Translations under genes and position numbers: made by a program
In this document: one piece after another, positions 1-9,550 of the stretch
Layout: each line of letters begins with the position of its first letter
How positions within the stretch are numbered: the first letter of the stretch is position 1
The notes under the pieces: model-generated
What the model was told of the DNA's origin: nothing
Database searches by the model: none
What the model saw: only the letters and a program-made list of their open reading frames with translations
From: Fibrobacteria bacterium
GTDB taxonomy: Bacteria > Fibrobacterota > Fibrobacteria > UBA11236
Direction of reading: 5' to 3'
Assembly (NCBI GenBank): GCA_041746255.1
Contig: JBGTHM010000100.1
Coordinates: 32,001 to 96,000, forward strand
DNA: 64,000 bases

Positions 1-86
1 CGGCGGCTTCCGAAGCCGGAATGGGCCAGATAACGATTGAGGCGCATGCCGTGCTTTTCCGGTGTAGGTTCCAAAGGGGTCGGCAT
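1..86 (-). CDS. Pseudouridine synthase, RluB/RsuA family (5' part only; runs off the window)
   Basis: Manual translation from ATG at 86: MPTPLEPTPEKHGMRLNRYLAHSGFGSR, a typical S4-domain start. The start overlaps the upstream TGA (TGATG). Confidence 0.75.
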   Translation of the reverse strand, partial: MPTPLEPTPEKHGMRLNRYLAHSGFGSR

Positions 87-403
87 CAATTTTTCATTCC
101 TAGGCGTGAGCCCATAAGTTTGCGCATTTCTTCGGGCTTGAGTAAAAATTCGCGTGCGATTTGAATGGCGACCTCGACTTCGGCGGGACCATATTTCCGG
201 GACCACTCCGAAACCAGCGCGCCGGTTTCCGATCCCACTGGGCGGCCTGTGCGGATTTCCTCCGCCATTCCCAAAGCCAATCGCATGCCCAGACCGACCC
301 GGATTTTTTCCACGTCCTCGGTTTTCGCCAACAGCCCATCGATGCGGCTGATAGTCGCGGTTATTTCTTCGGGTTGAAAAGGAGTTTGTGATGCGTCTTC
401 CAT
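86..403 (-). CDS. Hypothetical protein (105 aa)
   Basis: ORF coupled at both ends by TGATG overlaps; no motif recognised. Confidence 0.7.
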   Translation of the reverse strand: MEDASQTPFQPEEITATISRIDGLLAKTEDVEKIRVGLGMRLALGMAEEIRTGRPVGSETGALVSEWSRKYGPAEVEVAIQIAREFLLKPEEMRKLMGSRLGMKN

Positions 404-2994
404 CAGGCCTCCTTTATCGCCGGCTTGCGAACGCCTTCGGAGTAATCCAATTTGCTGATGCGTTCGGCGCGCAGGGATTCCGGCTCCACCGACAGCAATG
501 CGGCAAAGGCCGCGTAGGGGCTTAGCGTGGATCCGCTCTCTCCCGTTCTTAATTTCAAAATGAGACCCTCGTGTTCCAAACGCATTTCCAAAATTTCTTC
601 TTTGACATCGGTTTGCTTGTCCCGATGCTCCACCACTAAATCAAGCGCACCCGCCTCGAAGTCGGCGACCACTTTTTGCAGGTCTGCATAAATCCGGTCT
701 CCCATATCCAGGCGATAGGAAACCGCTTCGATTCGCGGCATGCGACCGGTGCGTGCCCTCGTCAAAGACAGGGCTTCCATGCCTTCGGGCAGCATCGGCG
801 ATAACAAATCACAGAGCTGCCACGAATCCCCTTGCAATTCCTGGGCGAATTCTACCACCAGCAATTCGCGCTCCGTTTGCAAACCCAGGGGAAGCGCTCC
901 GGTATTCTTGAGTATGGCGCGCGGATTGAATCCCGACGAATAGTTGAGGGGGAATTTAAGGCGACGGAAAGCCCGCTCGAAAATATCCAGCGTATTTTGA
1001 TGCGCGATGAATCGCGACAGGCCGGTCTTACGATAGACCAAATGGTAGGCATGCGGAGAGGTTTCGCGACGGCGGCGCGCGGCCAGTTCTTTCACCTCTT
1101 CCGGCGTGCGGTTGGGCGCCTGGTATTTGACGGGAGCGGCGGCCAGCTTGGTATCTTCTCCAATGCCGGGTATGCCGCATTTTTGGCAATCGCCCCACTT
1201 GCAATCCGGAACCGGCTCCGACTCCTTGAACATCTTGCCGTATTCCAGCTTGAGAAAACCCTTGTTCGCACCCGCGTGGATGAAATCCCAGGGAAATACT
1301 TCGGTCAATTCCCGCTGCCGGAAAATACGCTCCTGCGGATAGCCGGCCTCTTGCCACAAGGCTTCCCACCCCGCGTAACTGAAATGCTCCGAAAACGATT
1401 CGAATACCATTCCGCGCTTATATGCTTTATAAATCAAGGCCGCCAAGGAGCGGTCTCCGCGCGAATAAAAAGCTTCGACATGGGAAATCCCGTAATCCGC
1501 CCAGGTAATTCTCACGTTACGGTCTCCGCGAAAGGCCTCGCACACGAAACGGATATGCTCCATGGCCGTGTCCTTGTCCATGAAAGGCACCCATTGCATG
1601 GGCGTGAAGGGCTTGGGCACCATGATGCCGATGCTGGCATGGACGGTATTGCGCTTGCCGTACTTCATGGCGATATCCCTGAGGTTGGCGATCAGGCCGC
1701 AAAAGGCGCGCATGTCGTCGAGATTCTCGGTAGGTAGGCCCACCATGGTATAGAGCTTGACGTTATGGAACCCGCTGGCGAATACGCTCTCGGCGGCGTC
1801 GTACATGTCTTTGTCGCTGATGGTTTTGTTGATGAGCTTGCGCAGTCTTTCCGACCCGGTTTCGGGAGCGAAGGTCGAACTCTTGCCGCCCGCCAGGGCA
1901 GCGACTTTACGCGCCAACCCCTGCCCGAAACTATTGGCCCGCAGCGAGGGCAGCGAAAGGTTGAGACCTTCGAAGCTCTCGTCGTCGATGAGGGCGTCCA
2001 CCACGTTTTCCACCTGTCCGTAATCCGCCGTCGAAAGTGAAAGCAGGCCCAGCTCCCTTTCACCCGTGGCTTGCAAGCCTTCCCGGGCCAAATCGATGAC
2101 GTCGTCGGGATGCAATTCGCGATTGGGGCGATACCAATATCCGGCTTGGCAGAAACGGCAACCCTGCGTGCAACCGCGCATCACCTCCACGGAATAACGA
2201 TCATGCACCAGCTTCATATGCGGCACCAGGTTCTTGACGGGATAATCGTCGCGATTTAAAACCTCGACCCAGGTACGTTGAATACTTTTCGCACGCAGAT
2301 AAGGCCCTTGCGAACCGTCGACGACGGGAACGGTTTCACCGCCCGGACTCTGGGTTACCGACAATAAGGTGGGCACATAAACGCCCTTGAGCGTCGAAAG
2401 TTCCAGGAGAATCTCTGCTTTGGATTTATGCTCGCGGCGTCCTTTACCGATGGCCCTTAAAATGGCGGGCGCCAGGATTTCACCGTCGCCGATTACGAAG
2501 AGATCGAAAAAATCGGCCACCGGCTCGGGGTTGGCCATGCAGGGTCCGCCGCCGATTACCAAAGGCTCCCCATCCGTGCGATCACGGGCGAAAGCCTGCA
2601 TTCCACCCAATTCCAAGAGAAAGGGAACGTTGGTATAATTCAATTCCGTTTGCAACGAAATTCCCACCGCCTCGAAGTCCTTAAGGGGCCGGTACGATTC
2701 CAGGGAGTAAAGCGGGATACCTTCCCGGCGCAGCAGTTCCGCCATGTCCGGCATGGGAGCGAAAGCGCGTTCAGCGCACAGGTCGGGTTGTTTATTGAGA
2801 ATATGGTAAAGCACCTTGGTCCCGTTATGCGACATGCCCAATTCATAGGCGTCCGGGAACAGGAGCAACATCGAGGCATCCACCGAGGAGGGGTCTTTGA
2901 CGACCTGATTACTCTCCCCACCGATATACCTTCCGGGATTGCGCACGAGGTGCAGGATTTTTTCCAAACGTTCTTTAATCTGCTCGTTGCGCAT
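403..2994 (-). CDS. B12-binding radical SAM protein (TIGR03960-like) fused to a radical SAM-linked domain (TIGR03936/DUF2344-like)
   Basis: PGRYIGGE and FPDAYELGMS at the N-terminus; CTQGCRFC (CxxxCxxC); FAPETGSERLR; CKWGDCQKCG; C-terminal FIAHQ..FERAFRR..YSSGFNP..ALPLG. Confidence 0.9.
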   Translation of the reverse strand: MRNEQIKERLEKILHLVRNPGRYIGGESNQVVKDPSSVDASMLLLFPDAYELGMSHNGTKVLYHILNKQPDLCAERAFAPMPDMAELLRREGIPLYSLESYRPLKDFEAVGISLQTELNYTNVPFLLELGGMQAFARDRTDGEPLVIGGGPCMANPEPVADFFDLFVIGDGEILAPAILRAIGKGRREHKSKAEILLELSTLKGVYVPTLLSVTQSPGGETVPVVDGSQGPYLRAKSIQRTWVEVLNRDDYPVKNLVPHMKLVHDRYSVEVMRGCTQGCRFCQAGYWYRPNRELHPDDVIDLAREGLQATGERELGLLSLSTADYGQVENVVDALIDDESFEGLNLSLPSLRANSFGQGLARKVAALAGGKSSTFAPETGSERLRKLINKTISDKDMYDAAESVFASGFHNVKLYTMVGLPTENLDDMRAFCGLIANLRDIAMKYGKRNTVHASIGIMVPKPFTPMQWVPFMDKDTAMEHIRFVCEAFRGDRNVRITWADYGISHVEAFYSRGDRSLAALIYKAYKRGMVFESFSEHFSYAGWEALWQEAGYPQERIFRQRELTEVFPWDFIHAGANKGFLKLEYGKMFKESEPVPDCKWGDCQKCGIPGIGEDTKLAAAPVKYQAPNRTPEEVKELAARRRRETSPHAYHLVYRKTGLSRFIAHQNTLDIFERAFRRLKFPLNYSSGFNPRAILKNTGALPLGLQTERELLVVEFAQELQGDSWQLCDLLSPMLPEGMEALSLTRARTGRMPRIEAVSYRLDMGDRIYADLQKVVADFEAGALDLVVEHRDKQTDVKEEILEMRLEHEGLILKLRTGESGSTLSPYAAFAALLSVEPESLRAERISKLDYSEGVRKPAIKEA

Positions 2995-3106
2995 CCACTT
3001 CGCCTCTTATTTTCCGGATTGTCCAAGCCTACTGGGCCGGCTCGACACAAAAGCTAATATACAGGCATGCAATCCGCGAAATCCAATTTTGCTACTATTG
3101 AGCTTG

Positions 3107-3310
3107 ATGGTCAAAAAACCAAATAAAACTCTGCTCCTGGACCGCGAGACCTGTATTTCATGCGCCGGATGCGTAGGAACCTGCCCGGATTTCGCTCTCG
3201 ACATGTTCGGCGTGGACTTACAGGTATTCCAGGATAAATGCACTTATTGCACCATTTGCGTGCGGTTCTGCCCCGTAGGAGCCCTTTCGATTGAAAAATC
3301 GAAAATATGA
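3107..3310 (+). CDS. 2[4Fe-4S] ferredoxin
   Basis: CISCAGCVGTCP and CTYCTICVRFCP. ATG at 3107 preferred over the ORF-track start, which overlaps the divergent gene. Confidence 0.9.
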   Translation: MVKKPNKTLLLDRETCISCAGCVGTCPDFALDMFGVDLQVFQDKCTYCTICVRFCPVGALSIEKSKI

Positions 3311-4490
3311 CGTTATCGTAATCGGTGCGGGACCGGCCGGAAGCCTTTGCGCGCGTAATCTCGCCGCTCAAGGCTATTCCGTGCTCTTGGCCGAAAAACG
3401 ACCCGTGGTCGGCGCACCCGTTCGGTGTGGAGAAGCCACGGGGCGGCGCTCCCGGCTGGCGCAATTCGTCCCCATCAACGAAGACTACATCGAAACCGAT
3501 TTGGAAGGCGTAATTCTTCATGGCCCGGGCGGCGTCACGGTTCGGCATGACCAGAACGACGTCGGGCTCATGCTCGATAGAAAACTTTTCGACCAGGACC
3601 TCGCACGCCAGGCGCAAGCCGCCGGAGCGGAGTTGAGTCTGGAAACGCGCATTACCGACGTAAAACCCGTGGTAGGCAGTACCCGTAGGGTCACGGCTAT
3701 CGTGCGGGAAACCGAAAGCGTGGAATTGGAGGCTTCGCTGGTGGTGGGAGCCGATGGAGCCGAAGCCCTGACCGGCCGTTGGGTGGGACTCAAATCCCGG
3801 CAACTGCCTCCCCATGTCTGTTCCGCCATCGAGTTCCGGGTCAAGGCCGAAGATGCCCATCCCCGCCATCTCACTTTCTGGCATGGGCATGATGACATCA
3901 ACAAAGGATATGTCTGGGTATTCCCCAAAGAAAAATCCGGGGTGGTAAACCTGGGTGCGGGAATTCTTACGCCAAAATTGGGCGCCAAAAACATGTACGA
4001 CTTGACCATGGAGTATAAACAGAAACTCTATCCCGAAGCGATTATCGAGGAAGTTCACGGCGGCGCCGTACCCGTCAGCGGCAGCCTTGCCGAATATGTG
4101 GCAGACCGGTTTTTACTGGTGGGCGACGCCGCGCACCATACCAATCCCCTCACCGGCGGCGGCATCATGGCGGGCATCGTCTCCGCCGATATCGCTTCCA
4201 CATGGATAGACAAGGCTTTTAAAGCAGGCCGTTTCGACGCCGGCTACCTTACGCAATACCGCCTGGATTGCTGGAAGCAATTCGCGGGCAATCACGAAAA
4301 ACAATTGCGTATCCGGAATTTCATGATGGGGCTCGATAGAAAAGCGCAAGTAGGCTTTTACTCCGCTTTCAAGGGAATGGTAGACGGGAAGCTCTCTAAA
4401 AGGGCTAAAGCCATGGGGTATGCGAAACTGCTCCTGCTCGCAATCCGGAATTGGGGAGTCACCCGGAAAGCCTTTTTTCCTCCGAAGTGA
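3291..4490 (+). CDS. Geranylgeranyl reductase family FAD oxidoreductase (archaeal DGGGPL reductase-like)
   Basis: GAGPAG FAD motif, EKRPVVGAPVRCGE, GYVWVFPK, GDAAHHTNPLTGGGI. Confidence 0.85.
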   Translation: MKNRKYDVIVIGAGPAGSLCARNLAAQGYSVLLAEKRPVVGAPVRCGEATGRRSRLAQFVPINEDYIETDLEGVILHGPGGVTVRHDQNDVGLMLDRKLFDQDLARQAQAAGAELSLETRITDVKPVVGSTRRVTAIVRETESVELEASLVVGADGAEALTGRWVGLKSRQLPPHVCSAIEFRVKAEDAHPRHLTFWHGHDDINKGYVWVFPKEKSGVVNLGAGILTPKLGAKNMYDLTMEYKQKLYPEAIIEEVHGGAVPVSGSLAEYVADRFLLVGDAAHHTNPLTGGGIMAGIVSADIASTWIDKAFKAGRFDAGYLTQYRLDCWKQFAGNHEKQLRIRNFMMGLDRKAQVGFYSAFKGMVDGKLSKRAKAMGYAKLLLLAIRNWGVTRKAFFPPK

Positions 4491-5538
4491 CGCGAACGAA
4501 TTCCGGCGGCAAAAAATTTCTTAACGCGTGAAAAGGCGTGACGAAGTCAGGGTGTACGCGCAGCGTTTCACATGCTCCCGAATCCCGATGGCAAATCACT
4601 TCACAGCCTGCGCGTATACCTTCGACAATAACCCGCCCGAAGGGCTCGGGTTCACGCGTACAGTGCAGCAGCAAATCCGTTCCCGCCAACAACTCGGCCA
4701 CTGAGGGGGAGGAGCCGCGGTCGTCTACCGCTCCCCAGAACCGGACACGCCCCTCCAAATTCAAATTCTTTGCCAGCCGATAAACGGATTCCCGATACTG
4801 CGCATACACTTTCTGAGGATAAATGACATCGCCTACCAGCCAGAAGTCGGCGTCGATTCCCGCGTCGATAGCTTTTCGCGCCGTCAGCAAAAAAAGATCC
4901 TGGCCTTTATACGGAGCGAAAAAGGCCACATGGGTCATGACCAGGCGGCCCTTCCCTCGTGTAGCCGGAGACGGGGTGAATTTTACTCGCGGATAAACGA
5001 CTTCCGCGCGGGAATAGTCTCTTCCCACCGCATGGCTATTCACTCGTATGCGACATCCGCAAACGCGCGCCACCGCGCTTATCATCTTTCGCAGCCACAG
5101 CGGTTGTATGAAATCGCGGATGTCGAAGATTAACCTTTCACGCAGCGCCGGCGCTAAAACGAGGAGTTGCACGTGGCTGCGCAAACCATGGGAAAGAATG
5201 CGATCCCGGCCCCGACATCGCAGCGCCAAGCGAACCACGCCGACCATCCCGAACAGCATAGCCGCGGGAACGAAGAGAGCCAGGGAGAAAAAGCTTTTTC
5301 CGGAATCCCGCTGGGAAATCCGATCGAACACAGGGTTACGGGAAAGGAAGGAATAACTCCAACCCTTCTCACTGACAGCTTGGGAGAGTTTGCCCCGTGA
5401 AGGAATCAGAAAGTGTAGAGAAGGGTCGGAAGCCCGGTTTTCCAGATCTTCCAGAAGGCTCAATTCGCCGCCACCCAAATGCGGTTGCGAACATACGACC
5501 AGGGTTCCCGATGCGCGGGAAAACCGCGCATGCTTCAA
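4459..5538 (-). CDS. Glycosyltransferase family 4 (GT-B)
   Basis: GGGELSL near the N-terminus, KGQDLFL, EPFGRVIVEG. Likely TTG start overlapping the upstream stop. Confidence 0.85.
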   Translation of the reverse strand: MKHARFSRASGTLVVCSQPHLGGGELSLLEDLENRASDPSLHFLIPSRGKLSQAVSEKGWSYSFLSRNPVFDRISQRDSGKSFFSLALFVPAAMLFGMVGVVRLALRCRGRDRILSHGLRSHVQLLVLAPALRERLIFDIRDFIQPLWLRKMISAVARVCGCRIRVNSHAVGRDYSRAEVVYPRVKFTPSPATRGKGRLVMTHVAFFAPYKGQDLFLLTARKAIDAGIDADFWLVGDVIYPQKVYAQYRESVYRLAKNLNLEGRVRFWGAVDDRGSSPSVAELLAGTDLLLHCTREPEPFGRVIVEGIRAGCEVICHRDSGACETLRVHPDFVTPFHALRNFLPPEFVRVTSEEKRLSG

Positions 5539-6749
5539 TGCAGTCCGGCCTTGAGAATATCCCGGCCTGTTTTCGCGTTGACCCCTATCTGCCAGGTATG
5601 GTTGATGCGAAGGAGCCATTTTTTCTCTTCTTCATCCATAAGATCCGGGTTGCTGTCGACGTACATATCCTCCAGCTTCCGCATGATGTCCCTGCCGAGT
5701 GAAGTCGTTCCCAACATCATATACAGCACGATGCAGAAATAATATGTCTTCACCAAAAACGGTCGCTCCAGGCTTTTGTCCTTTAATTGGTTTTCACAGC
5801 TCATCAGTGCTTGCCGGTAGAATTTCTCTCCCCGGGGGCTGTGCAGGGCTGCCAATACGGTGCTATACTGGGCGGCCTGGACATAGGATCCGGCCTTACC
5901 GGCCAGCACCAAACCATTGCAGCACTTCTCCGCCAGTAACAGGGAGCTGATGACGTTATCCTTGTTCCTGTCCGGTATGCTGAAACGCAAATCCAGGTCG
6001 ATGGCTTCGGGCACCATCTTTTTCCGATGGCTGAGCGATCGAGCCATGATTTTCTTGGAGTCTTCGCTGTAGGGATAGGGCTTTCCCGCGCTATCGGCGA
6101 AATCCTCCGGCGCCCCGGAGGCGAAAAAACAATAGGGACAGACCGTCACCCAGGTTTTGAGTAAATCCCACTCCCTGAATCCCGCATGGCTGGTGAATAC
6201 CGGATAGGGGCCTGCGCTCCAATCTTCGGAAAAGGCTCCGGGAATGGGGGTGAATTGGGTAACCTTGTCGTAACTGCATATGTAACAGTGGCGGTTGACG
6301 GAACGGAATGGCAATTTCAATCCGGATTCCTTATCCACCCACTCCCTGCCCGCAATATCCACCTTACCCTGTTGAACGCACCGGGCCACCGCCTCTAAAA
6401 GCCTGGGATAATCGATTGGTTTGGAAAAAACGGCGTCCACCTCCAAACCAAGCACTTCCCGTTTGACTTCCTCCGAAGGCCTGGCGGATACCACAATTAC
6501 AGGTGTCATGTCGCCTCGAGACCTCAAATAGCGCAGGACCTCGATGCCATCCACTTTAGGCATTATCAAATCGAGTACGACACAGGCGAATTTTCCGGAG
6601 CCAAGCAAGGCCTTGGCCGCTTCCCCGTCGGAAACCACCTGAACCTCGTATTGGGAAGCAAGCTTCTGCGCCATGACCTTGGCCAGAATTAGCGAATCTT
6701 CCGCTAAAAGTATGCGTGTTTTAGAAATTGAACTGGAAATGGAAGCCAT
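5535..6749 (-). CDS. Response regulator: receiver domain plus DUF2225-like Zn-ribbon/helical output domain
   Basis: ILLAEDS, LDLIMPKVDG, VVSA, KPID, followed by CYIC and VTVCPYCFFAS. Confidence 0.8.
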   Translation of the reverse strand: MASISSSISKTRILLAEDSLILAKVMAQKLASQYEVQVVSDGEAAKALLGSGKFACVVLDLIMPKVDGIEVLRYLRSRGDMTPVIVVSARPSEEVKREVLGLEVDAVFSKPIDYPRLLEAVARCVQQGKVDIAGREWVDKESGLKLPFRSVNRHCYICSYDKVTQFTPIPGAFSEDWSAGPYPVFTSHAGFREWDLLKTWVTVCPYCFFASGAPEDFADSAGKPYPYSEDSKKIMARSLSHRKKMVPEAIDLDLRFSIPDRNKDNVISSLLLAEKCCNGLVLAGKAGSYVQAAQYSTVLAALHSPRGEKFYRQALMSCENQLKDKSLERPFLVKTYYFCIVLYMMLGTTSLGRDIMRKLEDMYVDSNPDLMDEEEKKWLLRINHTWQIGVNAKTGRDILKAGLH

Positions 6750-6965
6750 GTATCCCCGGATCCGCAGTCAAGACGATGCCACCTACGCGTACCAGGTATT
6801 ATATTCCATGGTGGGTCCCGATTTCCAGGATCACCTTGGTTTGTTTTTCGAAAACATTTTTCGGGGATGTTCGAGAAAAGTCGATTTTCGCTTCTTAATA
6901 ATGGGATGATTGGCCCTATATCGGATGGAAGGTTCCCTTACCAAGAAAAGTGGGGTCCGGTGAAA

Positions 6966-7274
6966 ATGGAATTGGAATTGGAGCGGCAGAGAATAGGTAT
7001 GTTTTTTCTGGGTTTCAACGGCACGCGGCATCCCCTGAAGTCGGGCATGAACATCATTGGCCGCGAGAATACCTGCGACATTCTCGTTTTTGAACCGCAT
7101 ATCTCGCGTAAACACGCATCTGTCGACGTCGTCGGCGACGGCACCATCACCGTCATCGATTTGGGGTCCACCAACGGGATCCTGGTGAACGGCGAGAGAG
7201 TGCCAAGCGCCATTCTCCATCCCGGGGAAAGCTTTACCCTCGGTAAAACGGTGTTCGTCCTCGAAACCGCATGA
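6966..7274 (+). CDS. Stand-alone FHA domain protein
   Basis: IIGR, HISRKHA, DLGSTNG motifs; start codon uncertain (6867-6999). Confidence 0.85.
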   Translation: MELELERQRIGMFFLGFNGTRHPLKSGMNIIGRENTCDILVFEPHISRKHASVDVVGDGTITVIDLGSTNGILVNGERVPSAILHPGESFTLGKTVFVLETA

Positions 7275-7297
7275 CCCCATTCGGGACAGGAGCTTGG

Positions 7298-8506
7298 CTA
7301 ATCTGTTTTTCGCCCTTGATGCTCACCTTCCCTCTCTAAAGCTTCCGCGAAAAAAACGATTTTTTGGCCTAGTACCCGGGCGAATATCAAAGTTCCTTCC
7401 GCCTCTCCGCTTAGCCGTAATTTTGAGCGTACCTCTTCGGGAGTGATGTTCCATCCCCGCTTCTTGATCTCCAAGCGACCGATATCCGCTTTGCGCAGAT
7501 AAAGTTGGATCTCCTTCCAGTTCGCTCCGAAAGATTTTATCAGGCGATAGCCCTTAAGAAGAGGGTGCCTGATTGGCTGGTTACCCGATAAGTAGGCCAA
7601 AGTGGCATCTATGCGCCACAATCCGCATTTTTCTGCCAGCACTCCGAAAAGATGGGAGCGCACTACCGCCTTCACCGGTTCATACAGGTATTCCCCCGGT
7701 TCACCGGGTTCTCCGAAACTATCCGCAATGGATTCGCGGTCTGCCACCAGGGTTGCCCCTCCCGGCAACTCGGTAGCTCGCACCTTGCCTCGGGCCCCCA
7801 AATCGCCCGTCCACACGCATAGTTCCAAACATTGGTCTCGCAACCCCAAATACTCGCATTCTGCCTCCTCCAAAAATTCCGGAATTTGGGCGCCAGGGGG
7901 TAATTTGAGGATCGTGCGTTTATATCGATTTACGAGTTTTTCCACTTCGGACCAACCCGGAGATAGGTCGTTTTCGTTCCAAGTTGCCTTCCGAGAGCGG
8001 CTTGAGCGCCTGGCCGGATCCAGCATGGCCGCATCGGCCCTCACAGGGCTGTTTACCACGTCCGCGCGTACCACGGCGGCATTGTCCCGCCAGACTCCGG
8101 AATTATGGAGGTAGGCCCTGCATGGGGCTTCCTCCCGATCCACACCTACAACCCGCACTTGCCGTGGGGCATGCCAGGTATCCCCCCCCAGGCCACAGCA
8201 CAAATCCGCAAGGGTTTGCAAACCGGAAGGAAGGCGGGACATTTTATACCGGGAAATTGTTTCGGGGGTCAATTGCTCCAAACCCAGGGGAGTAAAAATT
8301 AATTCGCCGGCACGGGAAGTTTTGCGCGCGGCTTTGATTCGAAGCGCCCGTTGCTCAAGCAACGCCTGACGCTGGTCGGCCGGTACACCCCGTGAGGCCA
8401 AGCCTTGCGAGACGGCCAGGTCGTCACGAAAATCCGAATCGAGCTCCCGCAACAGCGCCTGGCCCGCCGGCTGGAGCAAATATGCTAGTTTTTCCCCTGT
8501 ATTCAT
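7298..8506 (-). CDS. Class I SAM-dependent methyltransferase with C-terminal THUMP-like domain
   Basis: LEQ.T, DLCCGLGGD, DPARR, YLYEP..AVVRS, LEIKKRG. ATG at 8506 avoids overlap with acpS. Confidence 0.85.
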   Translation of the reverse strand: MNTGEKLAYLLQPAGQALLRELDSDFRDDLAVSQGLASRGVPADQRQALLEQRALRIKAARKTSRAGELIFTPLGLEQLTPETISRYKMSRLPSGLQTLADLCCGLGGDTWHAPRQVRVVGVDREEAPCRAYLHNSGVWRDNAAVVRADVVNSPVRADAAMLDPARRSSRSRKATWNENDLSPGWSEVEKLVNRYKRTILKLPPGAQIPEFLEEAECEYLGLRDQCLELCVWTGDLGARGKVRATELPGGATLVADRESIADSFGEPGEPGEYLYEPVKAVVRSHLFGVLAEKCGLWRIDATLAYLSGNQPIRHPLLKGYRLIKSFGANWKEIQLYLRKADIGRLEIKKRGWNITPEEVRSKLRLSGEAEGTLIFARVLGQKIVFFAEALEREGEHQGRKTD

Positions 8507-8551
8507 GGGCTGAAATGCTTGTCGTGGTTTTCTTCGCGGTTGGGAGTCGTC

Positions 8552-8914
8552 ATGGTGGTGGGAGTGGGTACCGATATCGCCAGTGTGGAAAGGATAAAAA
8601 AAATGGAGCGTTCGGCCATCGAGCGTATCCTGACTCCTAAAGAAATCGAATATTGTTTTCGCTTCAACCCGCCCCATGAACGCATCGCAGGTCGCTTCGC
8701 CGCCAAGGAAGCAATTCTGAAAGCGTTGGGAACCGGATGGAGTCAGGGTCTGGCTTGGAGGCAAATCGAAATACTTCCCGATGAGCAAGGTGCGCCGCTG
8801 GTGCGATTGACCGATACGGCGCAGAAGCGCATGCATGAAATCGGCGCCACCTCTTGTCTACTCTCCATCTCGCATGAACGCGAGTTCGCAGTCGCTTTCG
8901 CATTGTTCCAATAA
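8552..8914 (+). CDS. acpS: Holo-ACP synthase
   Basis: GVGTDI, AGRFAAKEAILKALGTG, LSISH. Confidence 0.95.
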   Translation: MVVGVGTDIASVERIKKMERSAIERILTPKEIEYCFRFNPPHERIAGRFAAKEAILKALGTGWSQGLAWRQIEILPDEQGAPLVRLTDTAQKRMHEIGATSCLLSISHEREFAVAFALFQ

Positions 8915-9015
8915 TCAACGGCTTAGGGCGGCATTGGCCGGCGCGCCCACAGGCACAATGTCCACCAAAGCCTGAATTAGAGGCTCGTGGAGGGCTTTCC
9001 ACCGCCAGAAATATC

Positions 9016-9044
9016 TTGACACACTTGGGGGTAATCGATATCCT
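9016..9044 (+). promoter_or_regulatory. Sigma70-type promoter
   Basis: TTGACA-17 nt-TATCCT upstream of the 9106 ORF, which has an AGGAGG RBS. Confidence 0.6.
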
Positions 9045-9105
9045 TAAAAAGGAAGGGTCGGAAAATTTGTTATTTTCATGATTATGACCAGCCAGGAGGA
9101 TTCCC

Positions 9106-9498
9106 ATGAAGCCCCTTAATGTCAAGTGCCCGCATTGCAAAGAAGTCAGCGAATTGTTCCTGGGTTCCGAAGCCTATATGATTGTATTGAACTGCCCTTC
9201 CTGCGGGGCCGCGCTCATGTATTATTATGGGAAAACCTTTGAGATAGACGAAAACGAAGTTGAGAAAATCCAAGGTAACCTGCAAATGACCACGGTCCAG
9301 GGAATCCTGAAAAACATCAACTCGCGGGAGACCTCCAAAAACCATACTTCCTTCATGGTCAAACCCGCCGAACACCGTGCGACGCATAAAGCGGGCGCGC
9401 CGGTTCGGGAGCGCTATATCGAGTCGGATGATATCACCAATCTGAAAATTGATTTGGCGCTCATCAAAGACGTGAACGAGTTCATCAAGGGTATCTGA
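9106..9498 (+). CDS. Hypothetical Zn-ribbon protein
   Basis: CPHC and CPSC pairs; strong RBS and promoter. Confidence 0.8.
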   Translation: MKPLNVKCPHCKEVSELFLGSEAYMIVLNCPSCGAALMYYYGKTFEIDENEVEKIQGNLQMTTVQGILKNINSRETSKNHTSFMVKPAEHRATHKAGAPVRERYIESDDITNLKIDLALIKDVNEFIKGI

Positions 9499-9550
9499 CA
9501 GGCGCTTGACCCCTGTCCGGCCGGGCTGTTCGGGACGAAAGTCCCGGCGG

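Noticed and set aside
832..1737. 301-aa plus-strand ORF
   Set aside because: Antisense shadow of the radical SAM gene; no motifs.
3111..4058. 315-aa minus-strand ORF
   Set aside because: Antisense to the ferredoxin and reductase genes, which have clear motifs.
8507..8836. N-terminal extension of the 512-aa methyltransferase ORF
   Set aside because: Overlaps acpS on the opposite strand; ATG at 8506 is the plausible start.
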